IMG/VR virus record: IMGVR_UViG_3300044846_002555
Span: 78,860 to 142,859 of that record
DNA: 64,000 nucleotides
Strand: one strand, 5' to 3'
Source: a virus
In this document: one piece after another, positions 18,919 to 28,419 of the stretch
How the letters are laid out: every line of letters begins with the position of its first letter
How positions within the stretch are numbered: the first letter of the stretch is position 1
Position numbers and translations under genes: made by a program
The notes under the pieces: generated by a model
Told to the model about the DNA's origin: nothing
Seen by the model: only the letters and a program-made list of their open reading frames with translations
The model's database searches: none

Positions 18919-19582
18919 TCAATTAAAATCTGTACAAGAATATTGTAAATTAAATAAAATTGAAGATGTCGACAATTTTATCACAAAATGTTTTGCGTCC
19001 GGATTTAGTATTGAAAAGTACGGGTTACTTGGTGAAGATTCGGAAAAACCGGTAGAGATTGAAATTATCAAAGAAATACGGGTTGAAGTTCCGGTTGAAG
19101 TCATCAAGGAGGTTGAAAAAATTGTTGAAGTTGTTAAGGAAGTTCCGGTCGAAACCATCAAAGAAGTTGAGGTCATCAAATATGTTGATAGAGAGGTGGT
19201 TAAGGAGGTTAAAGTGGAAGTTCCTGTCGAAAAAATAGTATATATTCACGACAAAAAAGAAGAAGAAAGTGTCACAAATTTAGACAATATTTGTGACAAA
19301 CCTGAACCAATAATAGTTGAAAAAATAGTTGAAATTATTAAGGAAGTTCCGGTTGAAAAAATAGTAGAGAAAATTGTAGAAGTTGAAAAGATTGTTGAGG
19401 TAGAAAAACCAAATGATAAGGTATTACTTCTTCAAGAAACTTTACAGACATTAAAAAAAGAATTATCTTTAAAAAACACAAAGATTGAAGAACTTGAAAA
19501 TAAAAATAAACAATTAGAATCTAATATCACAAATCAAAAAGCGGTGTATTTGAAAGGTTCTAACTTAAATGAAACAATGTAA
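18893..19582 (+). CDS. EVPVEKIV-repeat coiled-coil protein
   Basis: multiple (E/K)VPVE(K/V)I(V/K) repeats then a coiled coil. Confidence 0.65.
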   Translation: MRQIQLTTSQLKSVQEYCKLNKIEDVDNFITKCFASGFSIEKYGLLGEDSEKPVEIEIIKEIRVEVPVEVIKEVEKIVEVVKEVPVETIKEVEVIKYVDREVVKEVKVEVPVEKIVYIHDKKEEESVTNLDNICDKPEPIIVEKIVEIIKEVPVEKIVEKIVEVEKIVEVEKPNDKVLLLQETLQTLKKELSLKNTKIEELENKNKQLESNITNQKAVYLKGSNLNETM

Positions 19583-19928
19583 TATGGTATTATTAATTTG
19601 GTTACTAGCGGCATACGGAATGTCAAACATATTGGTCTATGGGTCAATATTTCAAGGATTAAGAAATTTTATAAAAGCGTGGGGTGAATCGGTATTACCT
19701 TTCAATGGGTTAGCTAAATTCATTGGGGATTTACTATCTTGTATGATGTGTACAAGTGCGTGGGTTGGTTTTTTCTTTGGAATTGCTTATTATTCACCAT
19801 CAACATCTTTGATTGGAACACCAACTTGGATTGGATGGTTCTTTGATGGGTTGATTGCGTCAGGGTTTGTTTGGGCATTCAACTCGATGGTAGAATGGTT
19901 TGAAGAAAATAGACCAACAAAGAATTAG
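19569..19928 (+). CDS. DUF1360-like membrane protein
   Basis: LLSCMMCTSAWVG motif, three hydrophobic helices. Confidence 0.65.
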   Translation: MKQCNMVLLIWLLAAYGMSNILVYGSIFQGLRNFIKAWGESVLPFNGLAKFIGDLLSCMMCTSAWVGFFFGIAYYSPSTSLIGTPTWIGWFFDGLIASGFVWAFNSMVEWFEENRPTKN

Positions 19929-19931
19929 AAT

Positions 19932-20447
19932 ATGGAAAAAAGTTTAGGTGAATTTGTAATTAAGTTTTTACAAGACAAAACTCAAACAAGAAAGATTATT
20001 AAGTGTGATGATTTTTTCCAATTGATTGAGGATATGGGTATTACTGATGAAAGTGACGATGTTATAAGTATTATAAATTATTTAGAAGAAAATAATACGG
20101 ATATTAACTTTCACGGAGCAAACACTCAAAATTTTTACACTAGATATCGAAATATTGAAAGAAAAGTTCAGATGTCTAAAATGTTAAAAGGGTCTAAACC
20201 GGAAGTACAAAAACTAATTGAAAAAGTTGAAAGTATAACAGTTAAAGAAAGACCAGATTGGTTAGAAACGTATAGAAATGATGATGAGGGTGAATCACCT
20301 GTCGCTTATACAGATAAAGATAATAATTTAGGTAAAAGTATTCTTGATAGATTAACTAATGAAATTAGAGAACGAGTTGAAAATGAACCGGGGATTACTT
20401 TAGATGAAATACAAGAACAAATGAATAACGAAATAAATAACAATTAA
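19932..20447 (+). CDS. hypothetical protein
   Basis: 171-aa ORF in the operon. Confidence 0.55.
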   Translation: MEKSLGEFVIKFLQDKTQTRKIIKCDDFFQLIEDMGITDESDDVISIINYLEENNTDINFHGANTQNFYTRYRNIERKVQMSKMLKGSKPEVQKLIEKVESITVKERPDWLETYRNDDEGESPVAYTDKDNNLGKSILDRLTNEIRERVENEPGITLDEIQEQMNNEINNN

Positions 20448-20463
20448 ATAAATAAATACAATT

Positions 20464-20727
20464 ATGCCAAAGTCAAAATTACGTGGTGGAGCAAAGGCTC
20501 ACAACAAAAGAGTTACAACAAGAAACAACACTCTTAGAGGATTAAGAAAGAAAGCTCAAGCGGAGTATCAAGAAATGTTTGAGAAACAAATGGAAGCGTT
20601 AAAAGTTCAATACCAAAATGAAAATGGTGAAACTACTGAATTAAATGCTGAGGTTCTTGGTGACGCAAATGATATTAACGTAACGGATGTTGAAGTTGTA
20701 ACTCCTGAAGTAACTGATGAGAACTAA
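20464..20727 (+). CDS. hypothetical protein (basic N-terminus, acidic C-terminus)
   Basis: MPKSKLRGGAKAHNKRV... Confidence 0.6.
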   Translation: MPKSKLRGGAKAHNKRVTTRNNTLRGLRKKAQAEYQEMFEKQMEALKVQYQNENGETTELNAEVLGDANDINVTDVEVVTPEVTDEN

Positions 20728-21226
20728 GATAGTATCAGCATTTCCCGGAGTAGGGAAAACAACTTTTCATAAAAATAATCCGGAAACAACTTTGGATTCT
20801 GATTCAAGTGGGTTTAGTTGGGTTATAAATGAAAATGGTGAAAAGATAAGAAATCCTGAGTTCCCACAGAACTATATTACCCATATCAAAGAGAATATTG
20901 GTAAATACAAATACATCTTTGTTTCTTCACATAAAGAAGTTAGAGATGCGTTATTGGATAATTGTCTATATTTCTATTTGGTTTATCCGGATGATAACCG
21001 AAAAGATGAGTTTATTCAACGATATAGAGATAGAGGTAACGACGAGAACTTTATTAAGTTGGTTGATTCTAAATGGAATGAATGGATGTCAGAATACTAT
21101 TGGATGGATAGAGGTTGTGAAAAACTAACCGCATACGATGATTGGAATTTAGATACCGTGTTGGAAGCTCAAGATAGGAGAGACGGTGGTGATGTCATTG
21201 AAGAAGATGTAGAAGAACTGAATTAA
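20717..21226 (+). CDS. P-loop nucleotide-kinase-like protein
   Basis: IVSAFPGVGKT Walker A, DSDSS, RYRDRGN. Confidence 0.7.
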   Translation: MRTKIVSAFPGVGKTTFHKNNPETTLDSDSSGFSWVINENGEKIRNPEFPQNYITHIKENIGKYKYIFVSSHKEVRDALLDNCLYFYLVYPDDNRKDEFIQRYRDRGNDENFIKLVDSKWNEWMSEYYWMDRGCEKLTAYDDWNLDTVLEAQDRRDGGDVIEEDVEELN

Positions 21227-21231
21227 AACAA

Positions 21232-23601
21232 ATGGATTTATTTAATCCCCCAATCGAATTTAATTACACAATAATGATAAAAGATTTAGATATCACAAGT
21301 TTTGATAATCCTTACCTACAGATTGTATGGGAGGACTATGCTGAAAACTTTACACAAGAAAAAATAAAAAGTGTTCGTCATTACTTCCAAAAGAAGTACA
21401 ACACAACCAATGTTAATGTTATTACAAAGACAAAGGTTGCTGACGACACCACACATACCGTAGACATATCCTTTAACATCTTGGATGAGAACTATCAATT
21501 AGAATTAGTTCGTTCATTCTTGGAGTCAAAAGGGAATATGGAACACTACGATGATATCTACCAACTTAATAGTATTGTAGATAACAAATTATTACAAGAC
21601 CAAACCGATGTCACTCCGTTTAAGAGATGGTACATTAAGAACATTGAGTTCTCAAACTTTTTATCCTATGGTGAGAATCAGAAGATAGATTTTGAGAAGT
21701 GTGATGGGATTACGGTTGTAGAGTCAAACCCACCTAACTTTGGGGGTAAGACAGTTCTTACTGTGGATTTACTTATGTTCTTATTTTTTAATGAGACAAC
21801 CAAGACATCAAAAGCTGAGGAGATATTCAACAGATTTACTGAAAGAAACAAAGTTGCCGTAAAAGGTGAGATAACAATCGATGGTGAGGAGTACATCATA
21901 TTGAGAAATATTGAGAGAAAGTTATCAAAGAAAAATGAATGGAACGTTAAAACCGAGTTGGACTTTTATAAAAGATTGTCTGATGGTAGTTTACAGAACT
22001 TCACCGGAGAACAACGAAGAGAGACCGAGGCGTTTATTAAAACGTCAATCGGGACTAAAGAGGACTTCTTAATGACCATTTTAACAACTGCCACCAACTT
22101 GGAAGAACTAATTGATGCCAAACCTACGGCGAGGGGTCAAGTTCTTTCAAGATTTATGGGGTTGGATTTCCTTAAACGAAAAGAAGAAGCTGCCAAAGAA
22201 ATTTATAGTGATTTCTCAAAAGGAATGTTATCAAACATTTATAACTCGGAACAACTTAAAACTGACAACCAAACTAATCAAGAAACCATTGATACTCTAA
22301 CGGAAACTAATGTTACGTTGGACACTCAATTGGAAGACGTTAAAGGTAGAATTGTTAAGGGTCAGGAGTATCGTGATGGATTATTAAAATCCAAACACAA
22401 CATTGATAAGGAATTGACAATGGTATCTCCGGACAAAGTTCAAGAGGAGATTAATGGATTGGATTTACAAAAGGGTAAAGCCATTTCCGATAGAGATGGG
22501 GTTAAGGTTATTGAACCATCTGAATTTTACCACGAGGACAAACACGATGAGGTAAAACAAGAGATTAAGGACTTGATTACCAAACAAGCGGAGAACAACG
22601 CAAAGATTAAAAGTATTGAAGAACTTAAGAGTTCGGTTGATGGTGGAATCAAATGTGAACATTGTGGTATTGAACTTATGAATGCAGCTATAACCAACGC
22701 AAAAATTGGTGAACTTGCCGGGTTTATCACGCACAAAGAGGAATTGGAGGGGTTAATGAGTGAATTAACCAGCAAAGAAGAAGGTTTTGTCAATCTTAAA
22801 AAAGAGTTTGATGAGTATGAAAAAAACAAACTTATCAAAGAGAAATATGAATTAAGTGTTGAACGTTTCCAATTGATGATTGACTCATTGAAAACCAAAT
22901 TGGAAAGATATTCTGAAGTTCAGGATAAGATTGTGGAAAACAATAAGACAGACGGATTATTGATTAAAGCGGGAATCAGAATTGATGAACTTGAGGGTGA
23001 GAAAAAAACCATTGAAACTAGTATCTCAAACAATAAGTTCACCATTAAAACTCTAACCGATAAAATTAATTCTAACTTGGAAACAATTAGAAAAATCGCA
23101 GAAGAGGCCGAAAGAGAAAGAATTTATAAAATCTATTTGGAAATCTTTGGTAAGAATGGGGTAACCAAACTTATAATGAAAACTATGATGCCACTTATTA
23201 ATAGTGAACTTCAAAGATTGTTGGAAGATAGTTGTCACTTCAGATTAGAGGTTAAGATTAATGATAAGAATGAAGTTGACTTCCTTATGATTGATAATAA
23301 CACTCAAGTTGAAAAACCAATGTCTTCCGGTTCAGGGTATGAAAGAACAATTGCCTCACTAGCGTTAAGAGCGGTATTAAGTAAAATCTGTTCATTACCA
23401 AGAGCAAATGTTGTTGTGTTTGATGAGGTATTCGGAAAAATATCCAACGACAACTTGGAGATGGTATCGGAGTTCTTCACAAAAATTAAAGAATACTTTG
23501 AAAAGATATTTGTAATCACACATAATCCACTAGTAACGAATTGGTCGGATAATGTGGTGAGGATTAGAAAAGAAGAAAATATTAGTTATGTTTCCCAATA
23601 A
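21232..23601 (+). CDS. Rad50/SbcC-like ATPase (gp46-like)
   Basis: NFLSYG, NFGGKT Walker A, CEHC zinc hook, SGYE signature, FDEVFG Walker B, ITH. Confidence 0.9.
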   Translation: MDLFNPPIEFNYTIMIKDLDITSFDNPYLQIVWEDYAENFTQEKIKSVRHYFQKKYNTTNVNVITKTKVADDTTHTVDISFNILDENYQLELVRSFLESKGNMEHYDDIYQLNSIVDNKLLQDQTDVTPFKRWYIKNIEFSNFLSYGENQKIDFEKCDGITVVESNPPNFGGKTVLTVDLLMFLFFNETTKTSKAEEIFNRFTERNKVAVKGEITIDGEEYIILRNIERKLSKKNEWNVKTELDFYKRLSDGSLQNFTGEQRRETEAFIKTSIGTKEDFLMTILTTATNLEELIDAKPTARGQVLSRFMGLDFLKRKEEAAKEIYSDFSKGMLSNIYNSEQLKTDNQTNQETIDTLTETNVTLDTQLEDVKGRIVKGQEYRDGLLKSKHNIDKELTMVSPDKVQEEINGLDLQKGKAISDRDGVKVIEPSEFYHEDKHDEVKQEIKDLITKQAENNAKIKSIEELKSSVDGGIKCEHCGIELMNAAITNAKIGELAGFITHKEELEGLMSELTSKEEGFVNLKKEFDEYEKNKLIKEKYELSVERFQLMIDSLKTKLERYSEVQDKIVENNKTDGLLIKAGIRIDELEGEKKTIETSISNNKFTIKTLTDKINSNLETIRKIAEEAERERIYKIYLEIFGKNGVTKLIMKTMMPLINSELQRLLEDSCHFRLEVKINDKNEVDFLMIDNNTQVEKPMSSGSGYERTIASLALRAVLSKICSLPRANVVVFDEVFGKISNDNLEMVSEFFTKIKEYFEKIFVITHNPLVTNWSDNVVRIRKEENISYVSQ

Positions 23602-23635
23602 AAGTTTGGGGAACATAATTTTTTTATTATCTTTG
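23586..23635 (+). promoter_or_regulatory. terminator hairpin overlapping a Bacteroidota promoter (TTTG 23605, TATCTTTG 23628)
   Basis: ttatgtttccca/tggggaacataa stem plus T-tract; 19-nt spacer. Confidence 0.75.
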
Positions 23636-23672
23636 TAACCTAATATGGAATTTAAAAACAAAACTATAGACT

Positions 23673-26129
23673 ATGACAAACACTGATAAAAGATTATCAT
23701 CAATTTTAGTTGAGAAAGACGTTGAAAATATTTATCGACAATATTTAACCAAAAAGTTTGGGGATATTATTTTTAACTCACCATTTAAATGCGATGGATA
23801 TGGGGAATCCAAAAAACACAATATTAGACTTATTTGTGAATTCAAAGATATACTTGATTTAACCCTCAGAATAAATCAAATTAAATCATTGTGTCAAGCA
23901 TTATATTATATTAAAAAATTTGAAATTTCAGGTAAAATTTTACCTTCAGTTATTTTTATTGGTGACCGAAGTAAATGTTTTGCGATTCACACTAATGAAA
24001 TATTTAATTATTTAGGGATGGATTTTGATTGGTCTATTGCACCATCTAAATCTTATACTAATATTGAATTAGTTAATTTAATGATGGTGGATGAGAAAAT
24101 TAATCCACACATATTTGGTATTAAAGATATTGCAAATTGTGTTGATAAGATTAAAGACCTTAATGATGGTGTTAAGAGATTAATACCAATTACCCCACAT
24201 AATGTTACCGAAGTATTTAAACACTTTGAAGATAATGTTATTGGTACTCACAAATTAGATACTAATCAATTGGCTAATTTATTTGTACAGTTATTAGTAA
24301 ATCCTGATGAAAATTATCTTCATCCAGTTGTTCGTAGAAAAACTGTTGTGACTAAATCATTTCGTGAAGTAAATCTTAAAAATAGAGAAGTTTTTGTATC
24401 ATTTTTTTCACATTTTTCTCGTGAATATACCCCAAGTCAAAAAGAACATTTAACAGCTGTTGTTGACCGTTTAGTACAAGATATAACTCGTCGTAAACAA
24501 GGTGAGTTTTTTACCCCGACTATTTGGGTAAATAAAGCTCACGAATATATTGAGTCAGTTTATGGGGAAGATTGGAAAGAAAAATATGTGGTATGGGACC
24601 CAGCGTGGGGGACCGGTAATTTAACTCGTGATTATAGATTTAAAGAACTTTATGTGTCAACATTAAATTATAGTGATATTCAAACGGCAGAACAAATGGG
24701 TTTTAACCCGGAATCAATTAAGTTTCAGTCAGATTTTTTAAATGATGATTACAGTTATTTACCTAAAAAATTAAAAGACTCTATAGAAGGGGGTAAACCA
24801 ATTTTTATTTTATTAAATCCGCCCTATGTTGCATCAGCTAATTTTGGGGAAAGTGATAAAAAAGGTGCGTCACAAACAGTTACAAGTATTAATATGGTTA
24901 AAGATGGGTTTGGTAAATCGTCTCAAAATTTATACGCTCAGTTCCTTTATCAAATTTATAAATTAAAGGAAAAAAATAATAATATTAATATTGGGATTTT
25001 TTCACCTTCATTATTTTTTACAGGTTCAAGTTTTAAAATGTTTAGAAAAAAATTTTTTAATGAGTTCAAATATGAAAAAGGGTTTTTATTTGATGCGTCT
25101 AATTTTGACGATGTTTCAAAAGATTGGGGGATAAATTTTGTTTTATTCAGTAGTGGTATTAATGATTCAAATATTTTTAATTTAGATACAATTAAAAAAA
25201 ATAAAAATGATTTTTCATCTGAATTTAATGGTGATGAATATTCATTAGAAGTTATTGGTGATAAGACTTTATATAATTGTGACTCAAATGTTGCGGCATC
25301 TGAGTGGGTTAGGTCTGAAATAAAAAATATTAAAACAGATTCTTCTTTACCACAATTTCAAAACGCAACTAAATTAAGAACGCAAGGAAAACTTAGTGGT
25401 GGATATATTGAAGACTCGTTAGGTTATTTTTATAATAATTCAAATAATATTGACAAGAACAGTCAGAATGTTGCTATGTGGTCGGCAGGATTTTATGCTG
25501 GTCACGGAGTATCGGTTATTAATGAAAATTTTTATAAGTGTGTTTCATTATTCGCAGCAAGAAAATTAATATCTAAAAATTGGGAAAATTCTAAAGATGA
25601 ATATCTTTCACCAAATGAGAATTCGGACAATTATTTTCAATTCAAAATTGACTCTATAGTTCATTCTTTATTTCATATACATTCTTATCAATCTAGTTTA
25701 AGACAAGTAGCACATAATGACCAATTATGGGATATTAAAAATGAATTTTTTTGGATGAGTAAAAACGAAATGACAGGTTTTGCGAATCAAAATAATTACA
25801 CTGAGTTATACAATGATGTGAGAACTGATTCGGACCGTTATGTACACACTTTATTGTTTGGGGAAGATGGTGTTTATGAACAACTTTCAAACGAGGCTAA
25901 GGAAGTTTTAGATGCTGCGACTAATTTAGTTAGACTATCATTCGGAATGAGAAGAAATTTTGCTGATAACACAAATTATCTTAATAGTTGGGATGCTGGT
26001 TATGCTCAACTAAAGTTACTTTGGAAAGAATATTTTCCTGAACAATTTAAAGACTTTAGGGTAAAATATAAATTACTTGAAGATAAAATGAGACCAATGG
26101 TTTATGAATTAGGATTTTTATTACCATAA
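23673..26129 (+). CDS. type IIG-like fused endonuclease / N6-adenine methyltransferase
   Basis: N-terminal CDG...ICEFK PD-(D/E)XK-like motif; GEFFTP, DPAWGTGNL (motif I), NPPY (motif IV), NLYAQF. Confidence 0.75.
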   Translation: MTNTDKRLSSILVEKDVENIYRQYLTKKFGDIIFNSPFKCDGYGESKKHNIRLICEFKDILDLTLRINQIKSLCQALYYIKKFEISGKILPSVIFIGDRSKCFAIHTNEIFNYLGMDFDWSIAPSKSYTNIELVNLMMVDEKINPHIFGIKDIANCVDKIKDLNDGVKRLIPITPHNVTEVFKHFEDNVIGTHKLDTNQLANLFVQLLVNPDENYLHPVVRRKTVVTKSFREVNLKNREVFVSFFSHFSREYTPSQKEHLTAVVDRLVQDITRRKQGEFFTPTIWVNKAHEYIESVYGEDWKEKYVVWDPAWGTGNLTRDYRFKELYVSTLNYSDIQTAEQMGFNPESIKFQSDFLNDDYSYLPKKLKDSIEGGKPIFILLNPPYVASANFGESDKKGASQTVTSINMVKDGFGKSSQNLYAQFLYQIYKLKEKNNNINIGIFSPSLFFTGSSFKMFRKKFFNEFKYEKGFLFDASNFDDVSKDWGINFVLFSSGINDSNIFNLDTIKKNKNDFSSEFNGDEYSLEVIGDKTLYNCDSNVAASEWVRSEIKNIKTDSSLPQFQNATKLRTQGKLSGGYIEDSLGYFYNNSNNIDKNSQNVAMWSAGFYAGHGVSVINENFYKCVSLFAARKLISKNWENSKDEYLSPNENSDNYFQFKIDSIVHSLFHIHSYQSSLRQVAHNDQLWDIKNEFFWMSKNEMTGFANQNNYTELYNDVRTDSDRYVHTLLFGEDGVYEQLSNEAKEVLDAATNLVRLSFGMRRNFADNTNYLNSWDAGYAQLKLLWKEYFPEQFKDFRVKYKLLEDKMRPMVYELGFLLP

Positions 26130-26132
26130 TTA

Positions 26133-26660
26133 ATGAAACAACTAACATATAATAGAAAAGGGGTGTTACACACACCCCTCCTTTACTGGCAAACCGACGA
26201 CAAAACTACAATCGCGATATATCAAGGAATGAGGGGTGAAAATCCGGAACTTGATTTTATTGTAAAATATAAGGAGGATGGTAAACGATTAAGAATGCCC
26301 TCACACACTCATTGGATTGTGGATTTATTGGTTAAAGCGGAACACAATAAAGAATTATTATTATCTTATGTTAATAATTTGATTTTAATTTATGAAAACT
26401 CTGAACCATTTAATTGTGTTGAAGAAAGAGATACTTATGAATTAAGACATAATTATGTTATGGATTTAAGATATAATGAGTTAAATGGTTGTGGGTATTA
26501 TAGTATTTCTACTTTGACGGCATTTATTGAGTTATTTTCAATTTGTGAAAAACAAACAAGTGGGGCGTTTATGTTCAAAGGGTTACTTGAAATGGTTAAA
26601 GAATATTGTCAAGGAAAAAAAGATTTTTACCAAATAGTTGGTTATTCCAAAAGAGTTTAG
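26133..26660 (+). CDS. hypothetical protein co-transcribed with the R-M enzyme
   Basis: 3-nt gap after the R-M gene; SHTHWIVDLL motif. Confidence 0.6.
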   Translation: MKQLTYNRKGVLHTPLLYWQTDDKTTIAIYQGMRGENPELDFIVKYKEDGKRLRMPSHTHWIVDLLVKAEHNKELLLSYVNNLILIYENSEPFNCVEERDTYELRHNYVMDLRYNELNGCGYYSISTLTAFIELFSICEKQTSGAFMFKGLLEMVKEYCQGKKDFYQIVGYSKRV

Positions 26661-26698
26661 TACTTTTGTAACATAATTTAAATTTAAACGTATAACGT

Positions 26699-27274
26699 AT
26701 GGATGGTTTAACCAAATACATTTTATTTGTCTTTGCAAAAAATGACAACCCAAAAGAATTTACAGAACAAATCGCAGAAGAATTATGTGTCATTTCCGAC
26801 ACACCCAATCTTAATTATTATTTCGGACCGGAGTCATCCGTGTTTACCATTTCAACATTAGATTCATATGAGGATGTAAAAGATTTTGTTGATATGATTT
26901 TAGGTGTGGGTGAAATTATGTATATATTACTACCTTTTACTCCTGACAAAATGTCATATGGATTACCTAAAAAAATATCTGAACATCTGTTTAATGATGG
27001 GATTAGTGACTTTATGTCAGGAAAATCTAACAATTCAGAGCCAAATGAATTTGAGGTACGAAAAATGATACAAGACAAAATCCGTGATACATTTAATTTA
27101 AACATTGAAAACTTTGACTTTGAATATGATGAAGATGAATGGTCTGACATTGATGAAATTAAAAATAAACAACGTAGTCCATCTTTAGATGAATTATTAG
27201 AAAAGATTAAAGAAAAGGGTTTAAATTCGCTAACTGAAAAAGAATTAATATTTTTAAACAAATACTCAAATTAA
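26699..27274 (+). CDS. hypothetical protein with DUF6576-like C-terminus
   Basis: LDELLEKIKEKGLNSLTEKELIFL; TACTTTTG -7 box at 26661. Confidence 0.6.
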   Translation: MDGLTKYILFVFAKNDNPKEFTEQIAEELCVISDTPNLNYYFGPESSVFTISTLDSYEDVKDFVDMILGVGEIMYILLPFTPDKMSYGLPKKISEHLFNDGISDFMSGKSNNSEPNEFEVRKMIQDKIRDTFNLNIENFDFEYDEDEWSDIDEIKNKQRSPSLDELLEKIKEKGLNSLTEKELIFLNKYSN

Positions 27275-27275
27275 T

Positions 27276-28076
27276 ATGAAAGAAAAAAATTCCGGTATTC
27301 CGATTAATCAAGAAGAGATTCAATTATATCTTAAAGATATTCGTAAGATTAAAGTGATGACCCCTGAAAGAGAACGTGAGTTATCTAAATTGATTACCTC
27401 GGGTACTCTAACAGAGAACGAGATTAAGGAGATTAATAAAGAATTATTAGAAGGTAATTTACGTTTTGTAATTACCGTGGCGAAACAATATCAAAATCAA
27501 GGGTTGGATTTCCCTGATTTAATCGCTGAAGGTAATCTAGGATTGATGAAAGCCATCAACAATTTTGATTGGTCAAAGAATTTACGTTTCATTTCTTATG
27601 CGGTGTGGTGGGTTAAACAATCAATCCTTCAATCGTTGAATGACAATGCTCGTACAATCCGACTACCGGTTAATGTGGTTCAAGATTTACATAGAGCCAA
27701 AAAAGAAATTGAATCTAATGGTGGTAAGTTAGATGATAAGTTTCAAAACCTACCTTCAATGATTGATTTAGATATGAATATCAATGAAGATGGTGATACC
27801 CTTGTTGACGTGATTAAAAATGAAGGTGCCGATATGCCTGATGAAGCATTTAATGGTAAAGATTTGTTGAAAGCAAAATTAATTTCATTGTTAAATGTTT
27901 TAGATGAACGTGAAAAAGTTATTGTTGAGGACTATTTCGGATTAACCGGAACACAGAGAACCCTTGAAGATATTGGTAGTGATTTTAATCTAACCAAAGA
28001 AAGGGTTAGACAAATTAAAGAGAAAGCCTTACGAAAATTAAGGAACGACTGTTCGGTATTGTTTGATTATATGTAA
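27276..28076 (+). CDS. RNA polymerase sigma-70 factor, Bacteroidota RpoD-like (no region 1.1)
   Basis: NLRFVITVAKQYQNQG, DLIAEGNLGL, FISYAVWW, TKERVRQIKEKALRKL. Confidence 0.93.
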   Translation: MKEKNSGIPINQEEIQLYLKDIRKIKVMTPERERELSKLITSGTLTENEIKEINKELLEGNLRFVITVAKQYQNQGLDFPDLIAEGNLGLMKAINNFDWSKNLRFISYAVWWVKQSILQSLNDNARTIRLPVNVVQDLHRAKKEIESNGGKLDDKFQNLPSMIDLDMNINEDGDTLVDVIKNEGADMPDEAFNGKDLLKAKLISLLNVLDEREKVIVEDYFGLTGTQRTLEDIGSDFNLTKERVRQIKEKALRKLRNDCSVLFDYM

Positions 28077-28085
28077 AAATTTTAG

Positions 28086-28117
28086 AACCTTCTATTTATT
28101 ATAATAGAAGGTTTTTT
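28086..28117 (+). terminator. intrinsic terminator containing the TATTTAT motif
   Basis: aaccttctatt/aatagaaggtt 11-bp stem plus T-tract. Confidence 0.75.
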
Positions 28118-28146
28118 ACTTTTATGATAAAACTAAAACAAAAATT

Positions 28147-28419
28147 ATGAAAGCAATATTAAATTTTATTGATGTGTGGGGAAACAGAATCATGTTTTTC
28201 TTAATTATTATCGTGTTCTTTAAAACTTGTACCACTAATGGTAGAGTAGATAAAGTGACAAAAAAAGTTGATACTTTAGAAGTTAAAATGACTAAAGAAA
28301 TCAAAATTGAAGGATTAAAATCTGAAAAAAGAATGATTCAAGCAACAGACAGAAAAATCATGGATGTTAACAGACAGACAGAAATTGATAAAGAGATAAC
28401 TAAAATCACAAATGATTAA
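28147..28419 (+). CDS. membrane-anchored coiled-coil protein (possible lipoprotein/spanin-like)
   Basis: hydrophobic segment ending FKTC, then a coiled coil. Confidence 0.45.
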   Translation: MKAILNFIDVWGNRIMFFLIIIVFFKTCTTNGRVDKVTKKVDTLEVKMTKEIKIEGLKSEKRMIQATDRKIMDVNRQTEIDKEITKITND

